Shown: one piece after another, positions 20,756-30,177 of the stretch
How positions within the stretch are numbered: the stretch's first letter is position 1
Layout: every line of letters starts with the position of its first letter
Assembly (NCBI GenBank): GCA_938045805.1
Contig: CALIBL010000045.1
Location: forward strand, 5,350-69,349
DNA from: an uncultured Rubripirellula sp.
GTDB taxonomy: Bacteria > Planctomycetota > Planctomycetia > Pirellulales > Pirellulaceae
Direction of reading: 5' to 3'
Length of the DNA stretch: 64,000 nucleotides
Made by a program: the position numbers and the translations under genes
The notes under the pieces: model-generated
The model's input: only the letters and a program-made list of their open reading frames with translations
Databases searched by the model: none
What the model was told of the DNA's origin: nothing

Positions 20756-22735
20756 CTACATCCTAGGAACAACGCCAATCCCAAGTAAATCCAATCCCAA
20801 CTGAAGCGTTCGGCCAGCTAGGCACACGAGAGCCAAACGTGTGGCCTGACTCTGCGGCGTCTCCGCTCGCAGCACATGACAGTTCTCGTTGAATTTCGAA
20901 TAGGCCTTCGCGGTGTCCAGAAGGTAATCGACCAACTGATTTGGCGCGTAATCTTTGTGAAGCGTGACAAGAGCTTCTTCGAGTTTCATCAGCATCAATG
21001 CTAAATGACGCTCTGCTGGATGCGTGATCTTGATGCCATGTTCCTCAACCATCTCAACGACATCCTGCTCAGCCTTCTGCGCATTCTCAAGGATCTTTTG
21101 TGTGCGAGCGTAGGAGTACTGCACATAGGCGGAAGTGTTGCCGTCAAGTGCCACCATCTTTTCGAGATTGAACCGATAATCGCTCGTTCGATGGTGACTT
21201 AGGTCAGCAAACTTAATCGCCCCAATACCCACCACTTCAGCAATCATCTCCTGTTCGGCGATGTCCATTGGTGGATCGAATGAAGTCAGACGTTCTGAAT
21301 CACACACGACCTGTTTAGCACGATCGACGGCACCATCAAGTAGACTCTCCAAGCCGATCAGTGAGCCGCTACGCGTTTTCATTGGCTTACCATCTTCGCC
21401 TAGAACGGTACCAAAATTAACGTGCACCAATTTAATGTCGGCCAATCCAAACTGATCGGCGACCGCAAAGAGTTTTTCAAAATGCTCGCTCTGACGCGTA
21501 TCGACAACGTAGAGTATTTCGCTTGGATCAAACTCTTCCAAACGATACTGTAGGGTTGCAAGATCGGTCGTAGCGTAAAGGTATGCACCGTCTTGCTTTT
21601 GCACGATCATTGGCGCGTCGAACTCATCAAGAAAAACACAAATCGCGCCATCGCTTTCCTTAGCTAAACCAGCGTCACGGAGCCTATCAACGACCCGCTT
21701 GAGCCTTGAGTGATAAAAACTTTCACCCAAGGTGTGATCAAATTCAACATTAAGCCGGTCGTAAACGCGATTGATTTCGTCTTTGCAGTGAGGCAGGAAC
21801 TTTTCCCAGAGCGCGAGATTACCAGGGTCTCCGCGGTGCAACTTCGCGGTTTCTTCCAACACCAACTGATCAATTTCAGGGTGCTGTGCGGCGCGATCTG
21901 CCCATATGGGATCTGACTCGACACCTTCCACCTTCTGCTCTGCAGAACGTCGAGCGGACAAACTAGATTGAAGACGACGTTCAGCGGAAGCGAGCGACTT
22001 CTTGGCCGACTTTAGCTTCACACCCTCTGCCAAATCCACGGCGGCACTGGCCTGATCGACAGCTCTCTGAGCTTCGACAATTGCCTCTTCAAGGTTCTCG
22101 AGCGAACGCTTCGCTTTTCGATATTCAATCAATTGATGAACAATCCGGTAAAGCTTTGTCAGTTCCTGTACGGGGTCCGCTTCAACGACATCAGGATCGC
22201 CAAAATGCTTGTATCCATAAATGATGATTCCAAACTGGGTGCCCCAGTCACCGAGATGATTATCGGTGATCACCTTGTAACCGAGGAAACGCAAGCTACG
22301 CGCCAAGGCGTCACCAATCACGGTGCTTCGGATATGCCCAACGTGCATCGGTTTAGCAACGTTTGGCGAAGAGAAATCAATCACAATGGATTTCTCTCCC
22401 TCAACGGGCTCAACACCGCACCTTTCATCGCCAAGAAGAGTTCGCGTCTTTTCGGAAAGGTACTCATCCTTCAGTGTCAGATTGATAAAACCGGGTCCGG
22501 CGATCTGAGGTGCTAGACAAAGGTCATCCACCTTGAGGTTTTCAACAATCGTCGCAGCCACTTCACGCGGATTGCGTCCCAGTTCCTTACTCAACGGCAT
22601 CGCGCAATTACATTGGTAATCACCATGCTTCGGATCCGCTGTTGGACGAATCATTGCGGCATACGTCTCCGCTCGATCGGTCATCGAAGCGAGGGAATCA
22701 CGAAAACGCTGTTGAAGCAAATTAGGAAGATGCAT
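20756..22735 (-). CDS. argS: arginine--tRNA ligase
   Basis: SSPNVAKPMHVGHIRSTVIGDAL (HIGH region), GDWGTQFG, and a DALR-type anticodon-binding C-terminus ending ...GIGVVPRM. The likely start is ATG 22735 (MHLPNLLQQRF). Confidence 0.95.
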   Translation of the reverse strand: MHLPNLLQQRFRDSLASMTDRAETYAAMIRPTADPKHGDYQCNCAMPLSKELGRNPREVAATIVENLKVDDLCLAPQIAGPGFINLTLKDEYLSEKTRTLLGDERCGVEPVEGEKSIVIDFSSPNVAKPMHVGHIRSTVIGDALARSLRFLGYKVITDNHLGDWGTQFGIIIYGYKHFGDPDVVEADPVQELTKLYRIVHQLIEYRKAKRSLENLEEAIVEAQRAVDQASAAVDLAEGVKLKSAKKSLASAERRLQSSLSARRSAEQKVEGVESDPIWADRAAQHPEIDQLVLEETAKLHRGDPGNLALWEKFLPHCKDEINRVYDRLNVEFDHTLGESFYHSRLKRVVDRLRDAGLAKESDGAICVFLDEFDAPMIVQKQDGAYLYATTDLATLQYRLEEFDPSEILYVVDTRQSEHFEKLFAVADQFGLADIKLVHVNFGTVLGEDGKPMKTRSGSLIGLESLLDGAVDRAKQVVCDSERLTSFDPPMDIAEQEMIAEVVGIGAIKFADLSHHRTSDYRFNLEKMVALDGNTSAYVQYSYARTQKILENAQKAEQDVVEMVEEHGIKITHPAERHLALMLMKLEEALVTLHKDYAPNQLVDYLLDTAKAYSKFNENCHVLRAETPQSQATRLALVCLAGRTLQLGLDLLGIGVVPRM

Positions 22736-22900
22736 AGCAGTCAACGAAGACAAAGCAAAGTGGAAACCAAGCACCGTGATCACCGGGGGCGCGGATCCTG
22801 GCGCTGAACAATCAACGAACTCAACGGAAGACGCATCGTTGTTTTGCGTCCATCATAGTGCCGGGCGAGTTGGCGTATGCGGGCTTCAGGTGATGCCGAA

Positions 22901-23518
22901 CTACTCCGGTTGAATCAGCCCCAAGTCCTCGAGGGGAACAAGCGTGCCGTCGGCCCAAAGCGACTCCAAGTCGTAGTACTCACGCGTCTCATCATCGAAC
23001 AGATGGATCACGACACTGCCGTAATCCAAGACGATCCAACGACTTTCCTCGTAACCTTCGATACCCATCCGCTTGTCACCGAGATCCTTTTCCAGAACGT
23101 CATCGATCTGTTCGCTGATCGCGTGCAACTGACGCCGACTCGTGCCAGTTGCAAAAACGAAAAAATCAAACTCTGCACTCTGCGCGGATACATCCAAAAC
23201 AGCAACATCTTGTCCGTTATTATCCAAAGCAACTTGGGCAGCAGCAGCGGCTAACTTTTTCGCCGCCTCCGTACCGAGTGGTCGAATCGCTCGGTCTTTC
23301 GGCGTGGCGGAAATACCAATCTCATCGACCGATTTGCTTGGCACCTCGGTGGACACCGATGGATCTTCGCCAGCGTCAGAACTTTCAACGGGTTGTTTTT
23401 CGGACATGGGGTTATCGCTAGAGTGGGTGGACATCGACGTAAAGTCTAGTGAATTTGCAGAATCTGTCACGGACCGAACCATTCGAAAGTCACAGGAATC
23501 TGCTCCATTTTCGACCAC
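22901..23518 (-). CDS. rsfS: ribosome silencing factor RsfS (iojap family) with an N-terminal extension
   Basis: The C-terminal ~115 aa (DVAVLDVSAQSAEFDFFVFATGTSRRQLHAISEQI...WIVLDYGSVVIHLF..ETREYYDLESLW) is canonical RsfS. The ~85 aa upstream of it are low-complexity, and several internal ATGs could be the true start. Confidence 0.85.
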   Translation of the reverse strand: MVENGADSCDFRMVRSVTDSANSLDFTSMSTHSSDNPMSEKQPVESSDAGEDPSVSTEVPSKSVDEIGISATPKDRAIRPLGTEAAKKLAAAAAQVALDNNGQDVAVLDVSAQSAEFDFFVFATGTSRRQLHAISEQIDDVLEKDLGDKRMGIEGYEESRWIVLDYGSVVIHLFDDETREYYDLESLWADGTLVPLEDLGLIQPE

Positions 23519-23547
23519 CTAACCCAATATGACTCAGGAGACCCGTA

Positions 23548-24018
23548 ATGGCTGACTGGACAGAGGAAGGCAAAAAAGCCCCCGCATTCACATTGAAAGA
23601 TGAAGCTGGAAACCAAATTCGACTCAGCGCTCTCAAGGGAAAACCGGTGGTGATCTACTTTTACCCGCGAGACAACACTCCCGGATGCACTAAGGAAGCC
23701 TGCGCGCTCCGGGACCGGTGGAAAGAACTCAAAAAGCTCGACGTTCACCTCTTTGGGGTAAGCACCGATTCAGCCGAAAGCCACATTAAGTTCAAGGAGA
23801 AGTTTGATCTGCCGTTTCCGTTGTTGGTGGATGAGAACCACGCAATGGCTGAAAAGTACGGAGCTTGGCGGGAAAAAAATATGTACGGAAAGAAATCGAT
23901 GGGTATCCAGCGTTCCACTTACGTCATCGATGCGGAGGGTAAGGTCGCCAAGCTTTTCAAAAGGGTGCGTGTTGACGGCCACGAACAACAGATCATCGAC
24001 GCACTGAAATCCCTGTAG
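23548..24018 (+). CDS. bcp: thioredoxin-dependent peroxiredoxin Bcp
   Basis: VVIYFYPRDNTPGCTKEAC active-site motif, with length and sequence typical of Bcp/PrxQ. Confidence 0.9.
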   Translation: MADWTEEGKKAPAFTLKDEAGNQIRLSALKGKPVVIYFYPRDNTPGCTKEACALRDRWKELKKLDVHLFGVSTDSAESHIKFKEKFDLPFPLLVDENHAMAEKYGAWREKNMYGKKSMGIQRSTYVIDAEGKVAKLFKRVRVDGHEQQIIDALKSL

Positions 24019-24183
24019 GTACTGCGATACTCTCTCGAGGTACAGCAATCACCAGTGTCCCTTCGATGCATCGCCGAAACGGCCGGTCCAAGAGTTTCCC
24101 GCTGTCTCAATCCTGCAGGCATTCTTCAATGAAGATTGCCCGCAGGTGGCAGTCAGCGGCTCAACAACCGAACGTTGCTTGGC

Positions 24184-26085
24184 TCATTCAGAAAAATATT
24201 CGCGAACCGTTTCTGATTCGGGTGGAGGCCCTAAAAGAACCGCCAATAAACAAGCACCGACGGACCCCACTAAATCCCAAAGAAACGGATTCAGGCCCAA
24301 AAACTCAAAGGCTCGGAACTCCTGCTCGACATAGTAACCCCAGCCTGTCAAAACGACGTGCATGAGGGTTCCTCCCATCATCCCAGCAATCGCCGCGGTT
24401 GAAGTCATACGTCGCCAGTAAAGGGACAGAACCAGCGGCACCAAGAAGCACGCGGCAAGTCCACCGGTCGCAAAGACAATCAAGTCTTGCAAATACTTGG
24501 GAGGATTGAGGACAAAACACATCGCCAAGAATCCAACCACGATTGTCACCTGATAACTCAGTTTCTTGATTTTGGCTTCCGAGGCATTTTTATTAATCGA
24601 ACCTTGATAAAGATCTCTCACAACGGCCGATGAGACCACCAACAGAAAACTATCAACACTCGACATCACCGCCGCGAAAGGTGCAGCGACTAAAATTCCT
24701 GCGAGCCATGGGATTCCCGCAACCCGCGTCAGGTGAGTCGCGAGATCGGGCATGGTTCGGTCTGGGTCGATTTCCATACCGGGTAACAAAACGCGAGCAC
24801 AACAGAAGACCACCACAAGTGAAAAATAGATCACCGCGTAATAGACCGAGACTGTCACCACCGAATACTGCAAAGTCTTGGTGTCTTTGAAAGATAACAA
24901 TCGCACCAAATTGCTGGGCTGACCCGTCGCTGCAAACGGCCAGAAGATGAAAAAGCTGATCGCCGAACCTATTGCCAAAAAACCGAGTGAATTGGTCTCA
25001 CTCGGTCCTGGATTGGTGATGTAGACACCCGTTTGCCCCGCGCCGTATTGATACGCATCCCACTTCTCAACTTCGACTTGCAATTCCATGCCCGGAGAAA
25101 TCTGCGACGCAACCGAGTCACGAACCCGCTGTCGTTCTGATTCCGTGGTTAGACGAAGCAAACGGATGGGTTCAGCATGTTGAAAACCTGCGGCGATTAC
25201 TGTCGATTCAGCCACGCGAACGACTTGATCACCGTCGATGATCCACATCCCTTTTGGAATGAATAAATCTTGCTCTAGCGGTTTCGCATCACCTTTCGGC
25301 GGCAGCCTCAAAACTCCCTCACCAAATTCAGGGGGCGTCATCACAGCGATCTGCTTGGTCGCCGATTCCAGACCACCAACTTGATAAAGAGTCAGTCCCA
25401 ACATCAAGACGACTCCAACAAACATGACGATCCCTTGCATGACGTCGGTCCAAACCACAGCACGGAACCCGCCATAGACGACGTAAACAATCACCGCGAC
25501 AGCAAATACCAGGAGGCAAACAAGGTAATCCGGGTCGGCTTGGTTGACCCAAGGTATTGGAGCAACCAAGGATCCTGTTCCTTGCACTATCGACTGAAAG
25601 ATCGGGTCGTCTGCCAGAAGGGTTGTCAGGATCTTCCCACCTGCTTTGAACTGAGCAACGATGTAAAAGAACATAAAGAAGATCAACATTGAAGTCGCAA
25701 CAAGACCGGTGCGTTCGCTATGGAAACGAGCCTTCAAGACCTCCGGTATTGTCAACGCTCCGGATTGCCTTGCAATTTGATTGATCCGCTTTCCTAAAAT
25801 TGCCATCGAGACCAGTGGTAATGCCATGTAACCGGCAATCCACAAAGCGAGAGACCAACCGTGCGTGTAGATCAACGCAGGGAACCCCATGAAGGTGCCA
25901 CCCGAAGCGTTGGTCGCTGCGAAGGTGAGCGCAAAAGCCCACACACCGAAACTTCGACTTCCAAGAAAATACTCGCCGACGAACTCTTTGCCTTTGGCAA
26001 CTCGATTCGAAAGGATCGCCAATAAAAAAACGGCCACCGTGTAGAACAAAAACGTTAACAAAGCCGTGTTCGCTTCAGAAAACAT
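24184..26085 (-). CDS. sodium:solute symporter family (SSF) transporter, PanF/PutP-like, with a large extramembrane insertion
   Basis: SSF-type TM pattern (GSRSFGVWAFALTFAATNASGGTFMGFP..., GGFRAVVWTDVMQG). A hydrophilic stretch of about 100 aa is inserted between helices, near residues 250-365. Confidence 0.85.
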   Translation of the reverse strand: MFSEANTALLTFLFYTVAVFLLAILSNRVAKGKEFVGEYFLGSRSFGVWAFALTFAATNASGGTFMGFPALIYTHGWSLALWIAGYMALPLVSMAILGKRINQIARQSGALTIPEVLKARFHSERTGLVATSMLIFFMFFYIVAQFKAGGKILTTLLADDPIFQSIVQGTGSLVAPIPWVNQADPDYLVCLLVFAVAVIVYVVYGGFRAVVWTDVMQGIVMFVGVVLMLGLTLYQVGGLESATKQIAVMTPPEFGEGVLRLPPKGDAKPLEQDLFIPKGMWIIDGDQVVRVAESTVIAAGFQHAEPIRLLRLTTESERQRVRDSVASQISPGMELQVEVEKWDAYQYGAGQTGVYITNPGPSETNSLGFLAIGSAISFFIFWPFAATGQPSNLVRLLSFKDTKTLQYSVVTVSVYYAVIYFSLVVVFCCARVLLPGMEIDPDRTMPDLATHLTRVAGIPWLAGILVAAPFAAVMSSVDSFLLVVSSAVVRDLYQGSINKNASEAKIKKLSYQVTIVVGFLAMCFVLNPPKYLQDLIVFATGGLAACFLVPLVLSLYWRRMTSTAAIAGMMGGTLMHVVLTGWGYYVEQEFRAFEFLGLNPFLWDLVGSVGACLLAVLLGPPPESETVREYFSE

Positions 26086-26426
26086 CAGCTGTCACCTCCC
26101 GACTCTGGCGGCTCTTCACCTAGTTCATCATCGCGAATACAGAAAAGAGCAAACCAGATACTCACAATCATCGTTGTGACCCAAGGCATCACAACGCCCC
26201 AAAAAACCCAATGCGGCATCCCCATCACTAGATTCAGTTGGCTCGGGTCGACTGGTTGATACCCGTAGCGGGTGCAGTAACCGAGAGTCCAGACAAAGGA
26301 GGCAAACCAGATGAGCAGAATCCACTTTGCTTCGCGGGCCGATTGCAACACCGATGACCGCGGCGAAGGGCGATCTACTTTCTGATCCGATTCGATCTTC
26401 AATCCCACCGTGGCTTTCCTTTTCAT
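26085..26426 (-). CDS. DUF997/YhdT-like small membrane protein
   Basis: Two TM helices. REAKWILLIWFASFVW resembles the KEARWAL start of E. coli YhdT, the small protein encoded directly upstream of panF. The stop overlaps the symporter ATG by 1 nt. Confidence 0.6.
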   Translation of the reverse strand: MKRKATVGLKIESDQKVDRPSPRSSVLQSAREAKWILLIWFASFVWTLGYCTRYGYQPVDPSQLNLVMGMPHWVFWGVVMPWVTTMIVSIWFALFCIRDDELGEEPPESGGDS

Positions 26427-26580
26427 GACACGTCAACAACAGCAGCAAAATCGTGTGGCAGGCAGGAAGCTAGCCCCACCTTCATGTCGCATATTGCATC
26501 GAGTTGATACACCAACCTCCGACAAGCTTCGTCAGATGAGGCTATCGGTCAAATGCCGCATCACGCCACCGTGAGATAGT

Positions 26581-27714
26581 TTAGTCGGTGATAAGCTCGG
26601 AGTGTGACGGGAGCATCCGATCCCTAGCGTCGATCGCCCATCGCTGGTCAGTAAGTCGGCGATCTTCAATCACTTGCACTGAAGCATGCAGAGCGACGGT
26701 CGGACAGATATGTCTTGGAAAAGCAAAAAGAGCGTCTCCAATTTTCACCGTGTCGGCGACTTTTGACTTGACCACCAAGTGTTCCTCGCTTTGCCCCACC
26801 AACACTGCATCTGGCAATTCCGGGAAGCTAACCCGAAGATCGAGCGGCATTTCTGCGGCAATTGATTTGTAACCTAAATCAAGGCAAATTAGATCTTCAT
26901 CGGGCTTGCTGATCACGCGAGTTAGCAAGGCCAGGGCTTTAGAAAAATCAAGCTCTGAGTAATTACCGCCATATCCCATATCCCATAAGACGGGCGTTCC
27001 GGGACTGCACTGCCAAGATGTTTCGCGTGCCCAGAAACCAAATGTGGGTGATCCGCCCACCACGACACTCGGGCTAGGACAACGTGATTGATCCGCTGCG
27101 ATGGCATCCTTGATCTCCAACGCGCCACCATGACGGTCATTCAGATTCGGTTGGTGGAGATGGCCATCGTAGACATGCAAACCGCGGTACACCACGCCCT
27201 GGGATTGATTGATCGCATCTCGTAATTGATCAAGCCTCTCGCCGAAAGGTATTCCCGTCCGATGCATCCCGCAGTCAACATCAATCCATAGACCAACTGG
27301 CAATCCTTCCCGATTCGATAGGCTTGACGAGAGGAGTTTCAATCCATCGAGATGATCGACCAAGCAAGAAAAGGTGGTGGATGGATAGATGTTTCGCAAA
27401 GAAGCAAACATTTTCAAGTTAGGACCAACCATTGGATACGCGATCAATACATCCTTTGCACCACAGGAAGCAACCATCTCCGCCTCCGACAAAGTAGCAA
27501 CTTTGAATTGATCAATGCCGAGATCGAGCTGTAACTGAATCAATCGAGACATCTTATGGGTCTTCACGTGAGGCCGCAGTCGCTTCACTTGACCTCCAAC
27601 ATGTTGCAACATTTTTGCGAGGTTTGATCGCACCAGATCAACGTTTAACAACAGTCCCGGTGAGGCGAGGTCTGAACATGTTTGAACATCGGGCCAAGCC
27701 TGTAGATTCATCGC
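26581..27714 (-). CDS. DSD1-family (fold-type III PLP) D-serine dehydratase / D-threonine aldolase-like enzyme
   Basis: Alanine-racemase-N-like domain with RPHVKTHK (PLP lysine context), plus a C-terminal domain carrying PRHICPT (an HxC metal-site-like motif). The likely start is ATG 27714 (MNLQAWPDV). Confidence 0.75.
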   Translation of the reverse strand, partial: AMNLQAWPDVQTCSDLASPGLLLNVDLVRSNLAKMLQHVGGQVKRLRPHVKTHKMSRLIQLQLDLGIDQFKVATLSEAEMVASCGAKDVLIAYPMVGPNLKMFASLRNIYPSTTFSCLVDHLDGLKLLSSSLSNREGLPVGLWIDVDCGMHRTGIPFGERLDQLRDAINQSQGVVYRGLHVYDGHLHQPNLNDRHGGALEIKDAIAADQSRCPSPSVVVGGSPTFGFWARETSWQCSPGTPVLWDMGYGGNYSELDFSKALALLTRVISKPDEDLICLDLGYKSIAAEMPLDLRVSFPELPDAVLVGQSEEHLVVKSKVADTVKIGDALFAFPRHICPTVALHASVQVIEDRRLTDQRWAIDARDRMLPSHSELITD

Positions 27715-27765
27715 TGGCGTCTTCTTGCGTATGTGAATAATGAGAGTGAAGCAGTAGAGGTGCAA

Positions 27766-28833
27766 TCAGGACCAATGACGTCGCAGAAAACCGACGAAGT
27801 TACCGTGACAAATCCCCTCAATCGCCGCCTCATCATAGCCGCGACTTCGAAGGATTTTAAGGAAGACATGGAGGTCCGCTATCGTATCCAAGTCGCTCGG
27901 TGACTGCTCGGTTCCATATCCCCCATCCAAATCTGTTCCTATACCGACGTGATCGGTGGTGCCAAGCAATTGAACGATGTGATCAACGTGATTAGCGAGT
28001 GCGGTAAAGTTTGCATCATTGCGATTTGCATGAGAACTGATGCCGCGTCTCCAATCGGGAACCACCATCCAGACATCCAATGCGACCCCAATCACTGAGC
28101 CGCGCGACGCGAGCGATTGGATCTGCCGATCCGACAACTGCCGAGGATTATCCACCAACGAACGGCAGTTATGATGGCTCGCCCAAACCGGTCCCGCATA
28201 AAGCTCCAACGACTCCCAAAACGTTTGCTCAGCCAAATGAGTCACGTCAAGGATCATCTTCAACTGATCCATCTCCGCCAGAAGCGAACGACCCATCTCA
28301 CTCAACCCTCCCTCGCAATCATGCCCGAGGGCGTAGCGACCAATCCCATAGTGGGCGGGTCCCAACGCACGAAGGCCATGAGAATGTGCAAGCGAAAGAT
28401 CATCCAAAGTGCGCAATGAATCGGCGCCCTCGAGGCTGAGAATGTAGCCAATGGGCGTATCCGAGGGAGAGGCTTGCCATCGCTCGATTTGCTGCTCGAG
28501 ACCCGCAAGATCCACGATCTTCCTCAAATGACCATCAGTCTCCATCGATCGATACCAAGCAAGCTGCCCTTGTGTCATCGCCCAAGCCTGATGAGGTGAC
28601 TCCCAAGCCCCTACGGGCCCAGGTGGTTTCATACAACCGGCCAGCAGCGTTGCCACACAGAGGCCAATTCCTCCCCGGCGCATCTCAGGAAAAGCGACCG
28701 TGCCAGCGCTACGCCCTTTCAGATCCGTTAAGCCTACTTCCTGCGATCGGATTTGGTGCACCGACTGACGGAGGTCGCGATTGTATTCCAGAGCATTGAG
28801 ACTGAGATCGAGATGAGCGTCAAAGATCAGCAT
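27766..28833 (-). CDS. membrane (renal-type) dipeptidase, peptidase family M19
   Basis: N-terminal FDAHLDLSLNA (HxD metal motif), with amidohydrolase-like length and layout (...VTHLAEQTF..., ...GIGTDLDGG...). The likely start is ATG 28833. Confidence 0.8.
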   Translation of the reverse strand: MLIFDAHLDLSLNALEYNRDLRQSVHQIRSQEVGLTDLKGRSAGTVAFPEMRRGGIGLCVATLLAGCMKPPGPVGAWESPHQAWAMTQGQLAWYRSMETDGHLRKIVDLAGLEQQIERWQASPSDTPIGYILSLEGADSLRTLDDLSLAHSHGLRALGPAHYGIGRYALGHDCEGGLSEMGRSLLAEMDQLKMILDVTHLAEQTFWESLELYAGPVWASHHNCRSLVDNPRQLSDRQIQSLASRGSVIGVALDVWMVVPDWRRGISSHANRNDANFTALANHVDHIVQLLGTTDHVGIGTDLDGGYGTEQSPSDLDTIADLHVFLKILRSRGYDEAAIEGICHGNFVGFLRRHWS

Positions 28834-28962
28834 GGCCAGCACAAGATGGTAAAAACGAATGCTCAAATTCTGTGAAAGAATAGAGTTGAGATAGGTGTAT
28901 AAAAAAAGCCGACCTCCCAAGTGGAAGATCGGCTCATTATGTTTAGCTTATCCGAAAAAGGT

Positions 28963-29631
28963 CTACAGATTCGGCAGGTCGTAAGGTTCGACATCTCCGA
29001 CCATGTGGAAGTGGTTGTGGTCGATATAGATCGTCTCAACTGCTTCGCGATCATCCATCGTGTGTGGAACCGGATACCCAACGATCACTTTTTCGTCGAA
29101 GTAGACCGTGCACTTGTAATGAGCGTGGTGAAGTTGAGCAGGTCCGATCAGAGGATAGAAGCGAGGAGGATCAACGTAGTCGGCAATCTTCTCTTTGATA
29201 ATGCGAACGTTGTTTCTCTGCTTCTCCCACAACAACGGGATGCCACCTTGAACGGGACGAGCCTTCTCGAGGGCATGGATGATCTCGTCGTCGGTCGGCG
29301 GATCGAGAGCCACGATCGGACCACCAGAAGTTGTCGGGCCGAGAATCGGAACGCGATCGTAACGCTCCTTCTTCCAGAACTTCTCTTCTTGCTTGTGCTG
29401 GTAGTAGGGGCTCACCGGAAGGGGATATCCAACCCATCCCAAATTGAATCCGTTGTGTACACCGTAGCAGCCTGTTGAGGATACGGCCATTAATGCTATT
29501 GCGCCGAGCATCATCCGGCGTACCCAATGCTTCGTCATAGCCGCGTTCGTATCCTTCGTTTCGCGACGGTCTTTCAAGCTGGTCATCCGAGCAACCTTCC
29601 GTGGATCGTAACTACACGCCTGTGGTGGCAA
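28963..29631 (-). CDS. hypothetical lipoprotein
   Basis: Lipobox-like LMAVSSTGC after a hydrophobic stretch. Candidate starts are 29631, 29586 and 29538. No family recognised. Confidence 0.5.
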   Translation of the reverse strand: MPPQACSYDPRKVARMTSLKDRRETKDTNAAMTKHWVRRMMLGAIALMAVSSTGCYGVHNGFNLGWVGYPLPVSPYYQHKQEEKFWKKERYDRVPILGPTTSGGPIVALDPPTDDEIIHALEKARPVQGGIPLLWEKQRNNVRIIKEKIADYVDPPRFYPLIGPAQLHHAHYKCTVYFDEKVIVGYPVPHTMDDREAVETIYIDHNHFHMVGDVEPYDLPNL

Positions 29632-30140
29632 ATGGTGCCCAGCACCAAACCGATTCGGCGTTTTGTGTACTTGTAGTATCGTGTGAACTTATGCCGATCT
29701 TGCGGATAATTCTGTAGATTCCAAAAAGGATTCTTTTTCTTCCACTCACGCAAACGTGAAACTCAAACCAAGAAGTCCTCGCGTCCCTGCGATCGCATCA
29801 AAGGCAAAGTTTTTTACGATCTCCGTGGCTTAAATCGCTCATCAGCTCTTTCAGGATCAGCACCAAGGAGCGTGAAACAAAACCCCAGCAGCAATCCAGC
29901 CATGTAGAGTCAGCGAACTTTTGTTGCCAAAAAGACAACGCTTCATCGATTGATCGATAAAAATCTCGGTCCGAGCCACCCGTCTCACACCAAGTCGAAA
30001 ACGCTCAGAAGTCCCATCTCTTAGAAGTTGAGCTCTCGGTTGCTAACAGCGGTTGCCGCTCATGACGGCAAGCGGATCTTGGTATCCCCATGCCATGCAG
30101 AGTGGTCTGGCAATAGGTTCCTCCAACAGCTGCAGTCCAA

Positions 30141-30177
30141 TAAAAAACCCGCGAGTGGCATCGCCAATTCGCGGGTC
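30141..30177 (-). terminator. Rho-independent terminator downstream of the BON-domain gene
   Basis: On the minus strand, ACCCGCGA..(14-nt loop containing an inner GGC/GCC pairing)..TCGCGGGT is followed by TTTTTTA. It lies 120 nt after the stop at 30298. The plus strand also has a T-rich tail (cttttgttt), so it may work in both directions. Confidence 0.7.
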
